64,000 bases of DNA from Lingula anatina (Eukaryota; Animalia; Brachiopoda). Made by a program: the position numbers and the translations under genes. Positions 23,501-35,500 of this stretch are shown piece after piece. The DNA lies in NCBI GenBank assembly GCA_051362555.1, contig CM120641.1, forward strand, positions 31,626,401 through 31,690,400, written 5' to 3'. The notes beneath the pieces were generated by a model. The model searched no databases. It was given only the letters and a program-made list of their open reading frames with translations, and was not told the origin of the DNA. The first letter of the stretch is position 1. Every line of letters begins with the position of its first letter.

Positions 23501-26500
23501 GTTTGAGCAATGTTCATGAGAAATGCCATTGTCGTTTTGCTTTAAACATACCAAGAGCACTTCTAAAGTCAAAATCCTGAGAAAGGGGGCCATTTAGTTT
23601 TATGGCGATCAACATTTGTAAATTTTCACTGATCAGTCTATTTCTAAGGCTAGATTTGATTATATTTTGAGCACTAAAGCCACGTTCTACGTCTGCAGTA
23701 TGCACTGGGAGGGCAAGTGCTATGCCAGCCAATTTGCACAAGTTAGGGAAATTGTCCTTGTGAAATACGTTGATAATTGCCCAGAGTTCTTTCATACTGT
23801 CACAAAAGTAAGTGTTTGCCAGGACCAATTCCTTCAGTATTGCCCATCCTGTTTTACCACATTGCCATCAACATACTTGTCATTTGTGGTGTAATGACAT
23901 TACATTACTTTATTGACATTACTACATTGACATGACATTAATAATGTCACTTCTGGTAATCATGCCTAAGAGTGTTTCAAGGAGCAATTTTTTATGTACA
24001 GACACAGATGTGTCTGTACATATAGCCATCATCTGCGTCTGTCGCCGTCTTCGCCGCCGTCGCCGTCGTCGCCGTGCACTTTTACCGATAACACGATAAG
24101 TGGAAAACCATTTTACCTTTTGACTTGAAACTTGCAGAACTGATGAATATTCATAATACGCAGGTCAAGTTCGAAAATCAGCATGATCGGGTCATTTTTA
24201 GAGAATTTATGCTGTTTTTTCACTTTTTTCAGCATATATGCAGCACCGATAACATGATAAGTGGAAAACCATTTTACCTTTTGACTTAAAACTTACAGAA
24301 CTGATGAATATTCATAATACGCAGGTCAAGTTCGAAAATCAGCATGATCGGGTCACTTTTAGGGAATTTATGCTGTTTTATCACTTTTTTCAGCATATAT
24401 GCAGCACCGATAACACGATAAGTGGAAAACCATTTTACCTTTTGACTTGAAACTTACAGAACTGATGAATATTCATAATACGCAGGTGAAGTTCGAAAAT
24501 CAGCATGATTGGGCCATTTTTAGGGAATTTATGCTGTTTTTTCACTTTTTTCAGCATATATGCAGCACCGATAACATGATAAGTGGAAAACCATTTTACC
24601 TTTTGACTTGAAACTTACAGAACTGATGAATATTCATAATACGCAGGTCAAGTTCGAAAATCAGCATGATCGGGTCACTTTTAGGGAATTTATGCTGTTT
24701 TATCACTTTTTTCAGCATATATGCAGCACCGATAACACGATAAGTGGAAAACCATTTTACCTTTTGACTTGAAACTTACAGAACTGATGAATATTCATAA
24801 TACGCAGGTCAAGTTCGAAAATCAGCATGATTGGGCCATTTTTAGGGAATTTATGCTGTTTTTTCACTATTTTCAATATAAATACAACACTGATAACACA
24901 ATATAAGAAAAACGGATTGGCCAATTGTAATTATACTCACAGGAGTGGTCAATCTTACTAAAACGCAGGTTGAGTTCGAAAATCAGCATAATCGGGCCAT
25001 TATTTTAGAAGTTATACTGTTTTTTTCACATTTCCTCAGATTCAATTATTAGGCATGTTAACAGTCTCATTATTTAACTAATAAGATGCCTAAAAGTGTT
25101 TGTTTGATATTTCCTGCATCTTTACAACATTGTTAGTTGATTATGTAAAAAAACATGGTAAACTTGTTATCATGTATTGTGTAATAAAGTGTCAAAAATG
25201 GAAATAAACTCATATCATTGCAGTTTGTCAGATTCAATCATCCAATATGTTCAGAATCTCAGAATGGAGGAAATTGGACATTTAACACTGTTCTATTGAT
25301 ACTTTTCCCATCTCAACAATTTTCTTAGTTGGTCATATAAAATGGCAGTAAAATGTTTATTTTGTTTTATGTTAAAAAAGTGTTAAAAATGGAAATAAAC
25401 CCATTTCAGAACAGTGCTGTCTTGTTTACATTTTGGCATTTTCAAGGCGTGACTTTGAAGTTCCATGGGCCTGAAGACCTTTGCTAGTCACATTTTCTGA
25501 ATATCTGTGAAACAAATATTTTATAATTAAAAATTGATGGTCATTAAGCTGTTAAACATTATGTAATATTGCATCAAAATTTGAAGAAACCCCTATTTTG
25601 GGCACTGCTTCCATGATGACCATTTAAGGAAAATCATGTCACTTACTGTTCTCAAACTTACAGGAAAGAAACATGGGACTAAAATACAGCTTCAGTAGGC
25701 AATGCAGTCTGTTTGGTATTTTTATTTATTTATTTATTTATTTTGGCAGTTAAACAGTTTTTTGTGAAAATTTAATTTTTCACATATTGGCATTTTCAAG
25801 GTGTGACTTTAAAGTTCCATGATCTTGAAGACTTTTGCTTGTCACATTTTCTGAATGTCCATGTTACTAATATTTTATTAATAACATTTGATTGTCATTA
25901 TGCTGTTAAACATTATGTAATGTTGCATCAAAATTTGAAGAAACCCCTATTTTGGGCACTGCTCCTATGATGACCATTTAAGGGAAATCATGTCACTTAC
26001 TGTTCTCAAACTTACAGGAAAGAAACATGGGTCTAACATACAGCTTCAATAGGCAACGCAGTCTGTTTGGTAAATTTTTCTGGCAATTTAACAGTTTTTT
26101 GTGAAAATTTAATTTTTCACTTATTTGCATCTTTATTCTCTGTTCTTTGTCTGTACATTTGACAGCTTTGCTGCCTTGTTTTTTTTAAAGAATAAAACTT
26201 GTTTTATGGAAATAAAAAATGGTGTTTATGATGTGTCCCTTGTTTTGAACCTTGTGTCTCATATTTTTACGAAACAGGAGACACATGTCTCTCTTTTCAC
26301 ATAAAGTTTCTGTATCACTGCTAAAGGTCTTTTATGGCTGATCGAGTGATCTATTCAGTTTATCCCTTGGCATATCGAATTTATTTGAGTCACAAAGAAT
26401 CTAGTAGAAGTGGTTACTGGGAATCCACGCTCCACCGATGCTCGGTTTGTATGTACCTTTAACTTCTTGTCGGTTAAAAAAGTCTGGAAAATCAGCTAAT

Positions 26501-29500
26501 GTCTTGGAATTATTTACGACTGAGTGTACGTGTCAACAGTGCTTGAAACCGTAATTCTCAATGCCGATTCACGGAATGAGTAATTTGGCCTAGTTTTATA
26601 TATTGGTGACATAATTACAGACAGTAATATTTGTTAGTTGAATCAGCCCGTTTTGGTTGGATAATTATGAACGACTGTTACTATTTCACTGTTTGCTCGT
26701 CTGCTTTCTATGCGTTCTAGCACTTCTATTGATGATTTTGATACTTATTGGCAGTACTGGTTAGCATCGTGCAGATGTAAAAATCGTCAATCGGAGTGCA
26801 TGAACTTTGTGCTACGCACACATGTATCTTATCTTGATTAATTTTCTAGTTGATCTGTTTTTATACCTTTCAGATTGAGAGTATTAGTGATGAGGCAGGC
26901 AGTCAGAGCAGTCAAGAACTAGATGGTAAAGAGCTCCCTGAAGTAAAAAGTTTCCTGTAATTTTTAATTGTGAGGTCGTCCCTCAGTAATCTGGCACATT
27001 CCTTAGTTTTTACCATAATGTGTAGGACCTATCTAATCCTCACCCTCTAAACTCACATATAATCCACATATACAAATAACTAAGAGTTCAGTGATTTTTT
27101 TACTCCTTAGATTAATTGTGGAATCCTGCACCAATTCCAAATTGTGTAATCATAGTTAGTCAATATGTTATTATCTAATTTGTTTCTGTCCTGTAGAGGC
27201 CTATAGTTATGCCTGAAACAGATGCATATCACCTCTTAATATTGCACAACAATTAGTATGTAAATCACTCTTCTAGGCCCAGTGGTACAAGGCTTGGAAG
27301 AGGTGGGAGATCAGGAAGATTGACCCAAGAACATGAAGAGAGAATTCAGTATCTCAGAGAAGAGAACTTGGGGTATAAAAAAGCATTAAATCTATGTTGA
27401 ACAGACAAATCATAAGTTTCTGGCTGCACACAAACACCATTCATATTCCTTTTTATTTTCAGAATGCATTTATTCCATATTAATTTGGTGTTGTGTAATC
27501 TAGTCCTCATGGTTATTTTAATGTTTATACATTTTCAGATATTTTATTTTTGCAGTAAGCTATTGCACATATCAATACAGAAATGACAGACATAAAAGTG
27601 AACATTTTTTTCATTGCAAGGGCATGCATGATGGTGTTGACAGAAATCCTGCCCCTGCACTGGATATATGGATGCTTCTGCCAGAAAATTTTACAAGGAA
27701 TTACCCAGCACAGTGGAGATGGGAATGTGCAATCTCCCACTCACTATAATGTCCCCTACATTTTGACTGCTGGTAAATCTGCTTGATTACTTCTCTCTGA
27801 AGAAAATCACAGAAAAACTATTACCTTGAGTATCTGTTTACAGACCAAACATTCTTTTTATAGTTTATTTTATATGACTTTCAAATTCCTTGTGGATATT
27901 CACTTTCCAATATTAAAATCTAGTAGAAAAAAAAGTTGTTTATTACTTGTAATTTAGAACATGCATAATTATGTTTTTTAAGGTATCTTTCAAGACTTAT
28001 TAAATGGGTTGATTAGTTGTTCTATAACATGCATTCCAAGTAGGATTTAATCATCAGTTTTCCATTCTTATTTTAACAAAGCTTGAGTTAATAAGACCTG
28101 TTTTATGCAAGTCGTTGAGTTAAAAGATTCTTTTCATTCTACTGTAATCTGTGCAACAATTCAGTAAATGTAGAAAATAAAGGTATGGAAAAATAAGGTG
28201 CTTTCATTTATCAGTTCCTTATACCAAAAGAAAAATATATGTATGTAATCTGGTCATATTTCCAACTAAAATCAATAATTTTGAAAGTTGAGATCCCACA
28301 AGGAAATAAAATGTATATCTGGATGGATTTATCAAAAATAAACAGCGGTTGATATCCGTGTATATGATCATGGAGTTATCATCTCTTTGATAAAAATAAA
28401 ATTCTTATGCATATATATCACAGTTCTTACTATAATGACATCCTTTTTCAAAGCAACAACTGTTCATTGTTAAGGATGATGCAGGTAATTAGTTCACTCC
28501 AAGAGTCTGGACTTTCTATTTTATGGACTACGATGTCATTGGGAGTGCCAGAATTTGGTCCAAGGTGCCCTGAGTCTTATGGTTCCACCTGCACCATAGC
28601 TGCTAAGATATGTGTACTTGTAATTCCCATGTCAAATTCCTGGGTTTGTAAGACTAGAATGTACCTTTATTGGTGCTATTTGTATATGTAACAGCTTGAG
28701 GTCTTACTACCATCCATGATTTTGCGTGCTTGCTTTGCTGCTTAGTATACCTAAAAACAAAATAATGACAATTGGAAAGACTTTTTTGTGAAATTAATAG
28801 TACCCACTATCTGTTATGTCTATGTCAGACATAAGAGCAGTGAATAGAGCATGGTAATCAAAAATTATTTGTTAAAAAATCAAAATTATTTAATGTTCCT
28901 CACAATAAGCACTGATATCCTGTGCTTGTCACAATTCTGGGACAAAACTGCCAAGGAACTTATTAAACTTTATAATAAAATGGTATTGTTCCAAACACAA
29001 ACATGCATTAAACTTGTTTTTATGGCAAGGTGTATTGAACATGCCCAAATGAACAGCTATCATGTGTTTGGCGTCTGGGTGTCAACTACTTTGTCTCTGA
29101 ACTTGGCGCTGTGTAGCCCAGTTAATCAGGAGACTGTGGCCTTGAACCTGATATAGGAGTAGTTGTTTGCCACATGCATAATACCTGTATTTAAAAAATT
29201 ATACCAGTATATTCTCATCATTCCCCAGAGATTCCCTGTGAACTTTTAAAAATGTCAACAGAGAATAAAACTTTGCTGACATCAGATACTGTCATTGATG
29301 TGCTCACTTGTAATCTAACTTCGAATAAGGTAAAACGTGAAAGCTTTTTTTTATGTACAGACACACTAGGCTGTAATCTGAAGCCTGAGAGGTGTTGTTT
29401 AACTCCCACATCAGGTGGCTGGAAGGTCTCTTCAGAACTAAGATAATAGAGTATTTTGCCACCTGAATCCACAGAGTTCCTTCCAGGAAAGCTGCACAAG

Positions 29501-32500
29501 AAAACGGCATTTTGTTCAGTTTCAAACACCCACACTAAGTATAGTGTGTAGGGTAAAAGGGTGCTTAGGACGCATTGTCCAATCATAGGATGTAATCTGC
29601 ATATGCATGAAGCAAACTGACCTAATTTCACCCAATGCATAATCTGGGTCACTAGTCTCACGTTTTACTACGGATACTACACAGATAAATACATTTCCAG
29701 CAAGCGAAAAGACAGAAAGAAGGGGTAATGTTTTTACTCATATATACAAGGCTTCCTAACTACTATGTACGATAATGATTTGTAGAATATTATACGCGTG
29801 TTTGTGTATGTGCATACTAGTATGTGACAAAAAATCCCTGTACAAGTAACTAGTAATTTCTAGGGAAGTTATGCTGTTTTTTTCACTTTTTTCAGCATTT
29901 ATGTAGCACCGATAACACAATAAGTGGAAAACAGTTTTACCTTTTGGCTTGAAACTTGCAGAACTGATGAATATTCATAATACGCAGGTCAAGTTAGAAA
30001 ATCGGCATGATTGGACCATTTATATGGAATTTATGCTGTTTTATCACTTTTTTCAGCATATATGCAGCACCGATAACACGATAAGTGGAAAACCATTTTA
30101 CCTTTTGACTTGAAACTTACAGAACTGATGAATATCTATAATACGCAAGTCAAGTTCGAAAATTGGCATAATCAGGGCATTTTTATAAAAGTTTTGCTGT
30201 TTTTTCACTTTTTTTCAGCATATATGCAACACCTATAACACATTTTAAGGAAAATCAATTGGCCAATTGTCTTGAAATCCACAGTAGTGATCAGTGTTAC
30301 TGAAATACAGATTGAGTTTTGAAAATAAGCTTGATCAGTTAAAGTTTGGTGAAGTAATGCCTTTTTTTGTACATAAGTGTTTTTTCCTCAAATTTAATTT
30401 TCAGGCATGTTAACAGTCTCATTTTTGAACTAATTAGATATGTTAAGTTGTTCTTTTGACATTTTCTGCATCTTAACAACCTTATTAGTTGATAACATAA
30501 AAATGATGGTAAACCTGATATTGTGTATTGTGTAATAAGTGTCAAAAATGGAAAAAAAACTCATATCTTTACAGTTTGTCAGATTCAACCATTCACTATG
30601 TTCAGAATCTCAGAATGGAGCAGGTTGGACATTTATAATTGTTCTATTGATAGTTTTGCTTTGACAACATATTTTTTGATTGATCATATAAAAATGACAG
30701 TAAATTGATTATTTTGTTTTATGTAAAAAAGGTGTTGAAAATGGAAATAAACTCTTTCAATACAGTTTTCTCTTGTTTACATTTTGGGATTTTCAAAGTA
30801 TGACTCTGAACTCCATGGGCTAGTCACATTTTCTGAATATCCATGATACTTTTATTTTATCATTTAAAAATTTATTATGCTGTTAAGCATTGTGTAATAT
30901 TGCATCAAAATTGAACAAAACCCTATTCTGGGCACTGCCTCCGTAGTGGCGGTAAAAGGAAAACCATGTCACTTGCTCTTCTCACACTTATAGGAAAGAA
31001 ACATAGGACTGAAATACAGCTTCAGTTGAAAAATTGTCTCATTAGTTTATTTTTTAGAAGTAAAACAGGTTTTTTGTGAAAATTTTTATCTTTCACATGT
31101 TGCAATTTTCAATGTGGGACTTAGAGCTCCCTTGGGCATGTAGCCCAGTGGTGATCAAATTTTTCTTAATGTCCATGTTTTTTATAGGATATATTTTTAA
31201 ATTGGTGGTATTTATACAGTTAATCATTATGTAATGTTGCATCAAAATTGACAAAAAACCTACTTTGTGCTCTGCCACCATTAATATTATGTAAAGTAAA
31301 GTGTTACTTTCTATTTTTTAACTAGTCTTACAAGAATGATTCTTAGGATTGACATACAGCTCATATTAGAAAACCAGCTCTATTGGATTATCATTTTTAT
31401 TAAATTTATGCATTTTTTGTGAAATTTTCATTTTTGTCATTCTGGCACTTTCTAATTGTAAACTTGAACTCTGATGGACCTGAAGCCTTATGCTTTTACT
31501 TTCATCAGTGTTACCTGTTGTGCATGATTAAAATTTGATGTTGACTGTGCAGTTAAACATAATGTATTATTGCATCAGAATTGGCAGTCTCCCGTTTTCG
31601 TGCATTGTTGCTTTCTGCTTTTCTTAAGGCGTGTCTTATGGGCCTGAAGACCTTTGATAGACAAATGTCTGTGGTCAGTCTGTAAATTCCCCTTGGGTAT
31701 TCACTAGGCTAAGTTTAGTGCTATAAACTCATTTGCCTAATTAAGTGGCCATTAAATGAGATTTCAAAAGCACACTTGTTGGTATTTCCCTGTAAACTCC
31801 CAAAGGTTAAGCTCTCTGCTAGATAACATAGTGTCCATAATAAGGAAGCAGTGAATAGCAGCTTCATTAGATTATATTTTTGTTGTTTTCTTTTTAATTT
31901 TTTCTCCAACATTGGCATTTTTAAGATGTGACTTTTAACTCCCATCCACCTGAGGCTCTGCACATTTTCTGTATTTCCACATAAGCAGTTGTATTGGTAT
32001 TCATGTATTTAAACACTATGTAATATTATTTTATGCGCTGTCATCATTTTTCATATATTGGGACTTTCATCATGTGAATTTTAACTCTCATGGTCATGAA
32101 ACTGTAATCTTATTGAATGGGTGGATTGAGACCATCTTCTGGGTCTCCTGGAAGACAGTCAGATTTTAAAGTTTATATTGATGGGTATCTATTTTTTCTG
32201 TTGGAAGACCATCAAAATGGAGGATGGATCAACAAAGATACTTTAGAATACTGTCAGAAAATATTTTTGGATCTGCTCCTGTTATTGACCATGTTACCTG
32301 TTGTGCATGATGAAAAATCAGTGTTGACTGACTGTGCTATTATAAGCATTATTTATTATTGCATCAAAATTGACAAAATGACCTCTTTTGCATCTTTTTT
32401 TCCTGTTTTTTTGTTTGACAGCTTTGCTGCCTTGTTTTTGAATTATAAATTATTTCCTGAATTGAAATTTTACAGCTAAATATAGGCAGGCCCATCGTTC

Positions 32501-35500
32501 TACATCATTATTCAGAATTCAGCTTGATACAAGAAGGCATAATCTGCAGTTCGTACAGTCCCCAAAGTTTGTGTCAGTAAGCCTCTAGTTGAATAAAAGT
32601 ACTTTTCTAGGTCAAATTATATATTGGAACTTCATAAATTGCAGTAATATTTTTAAGGTATGTAGTAGAAGAAAAATGGCCTTGCTATCATATTTTTAAA
32701 TTTTTTTTTGTGTGTTTGTATTAATAAAAAAAGTATCTAACATTGGATGTAATAATTTTAAAAAGTTTTTCTGTCTTTTGATGAGTTTTTCTACTGGTAT
32801 GTCAATCAAAATGACGGCATGCTTACAAATCTAATGCGTGATCAGAAAATGTTACAAAAACACGATCTTCTGGCATTTCAAAGCACCCAAACAAAATATT
32901 TCTAGATGACAATGGGCAATGGTTCCATCTGATCATATAACCGATAACAGGTAAATTTCTCAGCTAAGCATTTACTAATAAGCTCTGTTAACCAGCCTGT
33001 GATCATTTTTGGCTATTTCAACAGCTTTCCAGATTGATGAAATAAGTGGATCAGTTTCAAGTGTATCTCCCTATCTTGCAAGCAATTGTTACGAAAATTA
33101 CACTAAGTGTTGTGGAGACTGTGGACTACAGATGGACATCAGGGATTTTGGAGGAAACTGTTTGTTTGAAAGATATTGTCTTTTGAAGTGAATAACCCAT
33201 TGAAATATGAGGTAATTTAACGTAAAAGACAATACAATCAAAAGGAAATAGTTTAAGACAATTCCCTAGTATCCTTCTGTAATGCTTTCACCCAGCTTTA
33301 TGATGCTGTTTGAATCACTTGAATAGCTGTCTTTGTTATAGAGAAAATCCCAAAATCAAAATGGTATTTTTCCCCAAAATGGTGCTACAGCATCTATTGG
33401 ACACTGTACTTAAACTCTGTATTTAATTGTTCTTTTGGGAAGTATGTTTTATTTTTTTAAAACAATATGAAAGAACAGGGAATTGTTTCTATGCCTTTAT
33501 CCCTTTTACCGCGACTCCCCTTCTCTTAAATTTAATTGATGATATTATTTTTAATGAAAACTATGATATTAAGGATATATTTATATATAATTTAATTTGC
33601 CCTTCATCTGTATATATAAAATTCATGGTGTAGTCCCTTTTTTATGACTTACGCAACAGATGAAGGGCCTACTGAATCTGTTAGGGGGTAATTAACTATC
33701 GTTTATCAGCTTCAGTAGGCATGCCAGACATCCAAGCCACCTTCTGAATGCAATTTAGTGAAATCCCCTCGGAGATGGGTCGATCCTGCTAGATAGATCT
33801 AAGGAATGGGGTCTTAAAATCTTTACTTTCACATTACTTGATATCACGATGTAATAGGTTAAACACATTCCTGTTGTTTAACTGCTCTTGTTTGCTGTCC
33901 TCCTTTCCTTTTTTGACTGGATTATTTACTGCTGGCACAAGAATCAGCAGTAAAACATAACAGTCACTTATTTCTCAGTTGTATGCATGATTTTACTGTA
34001 TTAAACTACTCTACTGTAAATAGTTTTGAAATGAGATACAACTTATACAAAATAGGTGATATTCATCTAATAGCCTAGTGCCTCCAATAACCTCATGAGA
34101 AATTATTTCTTTTCAGTTTTGAAAATCTGGATGAGAAGAGTAACAAAGTGACTCAGGCCCATCGACAGCTATTGCTAACCCACCACTCTCGACCAGCCTT
34201 TGAGAACAATGTAAGGCAGGCGTATGAATCTCTTGGAGTGCACAGAGGTAGGGGGCTGTCTTTTTTTAAATAAAACTACAGGAATGAAAAAGCATTTTTG
34301 CTCTGTTTAATAATTACATGAAAACTTTTATGGTAAAGGGAGCCACCAGGATACTGGACACAGGGAAAGTAATCACATTGCTCAGCAAATGTAAACCAGT
34401 CTAAATTGACTAATATCCTCCAGATGCAGTGATGGAATTTTGGAGCTAAAATGCCCAGGTGTACGTAAAAACTTTTAATGTTGTTTATTTAAAAAGGACA
34501 GTATTGTTAGTACATTTTCAATGGGATTGATGGACTTTCGCAGGTATCTTAATCTTAATGGCCTTTAACAGATATATTTGCAGCTTTTTTGTCACTCTAT
34601 GGGAGTGGCATGACTGTTTTGCTTTCAATGAAGAAGATCAATGTTGAAAGGAGGCTCATGTACACTCTACGAGCAGTGGACTTTTATAAATGAAATACAT
34701 CAAATGTTGTCCAGAGCTTTATTTATTTATTTATTTTTAGGTTATTAAGTACAGACACAGGTGTGTTTGTACATATAGCCGTCACCTGTGTCTGTCGTCG
34801 CCTTTGTCCCCATTGTCGCTGTCATTGCCATCGTCTCTGTGCACTTTCACCACCGATAAAACAATAAGTGGAAAACCGTTTTGCCTTTTGGCTTGATACT
34901 TACAGAACTGATGAATATTCATAAAATGCAGGTCAAGTTTGAAAATCAGCATGATTGGGCCATACTTTCAAAAGTTATGCAGTTTTTTTGCTTTTTCAGC
35001 ATATATAGAACACCGATAACATGATAAGTGGAAAACACTTTTCTCTTTTGGCTTAAAACTTACAGAACTGATGAATATGCATAAAACACAGGTCAAGTTG
35101 GAAAATTAGCCTTGGACTGGATTTAAGAATTTTTTAATGTCCATCTGATACGATAAGGGACAATGCTGGCTCACATATACTTTACACACATCTTATGTGC
35201 AGCAATCAGAGGAGAGGATGGGATTATACAAATCAGGTGACAGCTGGGTATTACAGGCCTTATCTAAAATAGCTAGGTGCGAGTGAAATGCAGTGTGCTG
35301 TAATGTCGGTTAATTTTGGGTTGTTAAACTGCAGTATTGTCTCCAGTTATTGTGCAATGCGATGCATACCTGATTATTAGCTCTAGTTTGTGTTTTTAGT
35401 GAAGTGGAGTTACCTTTAAGATTACACACAAATATCATGAGAACACAGTTAATCAGACAACTATCTAATTTAAATAGGAAGTCATATACTGGCAATTTAT

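Noticed and set aside
24085-24890. Regular array that might be read as CRISPR-like
   Set aside because: Units are contiguous 161-bp tandem copies with no unique spacers and no cas genes, inside a eukaryotic HINE.
34572-34690. Exon-like block DIFAAFLSLYGSGMTVLLSMKKINVERR as TPGS1 exon 4
   Set aside because: No good donor site and no TPGS1 similarity; 37445-37508 fits both phase and homology.
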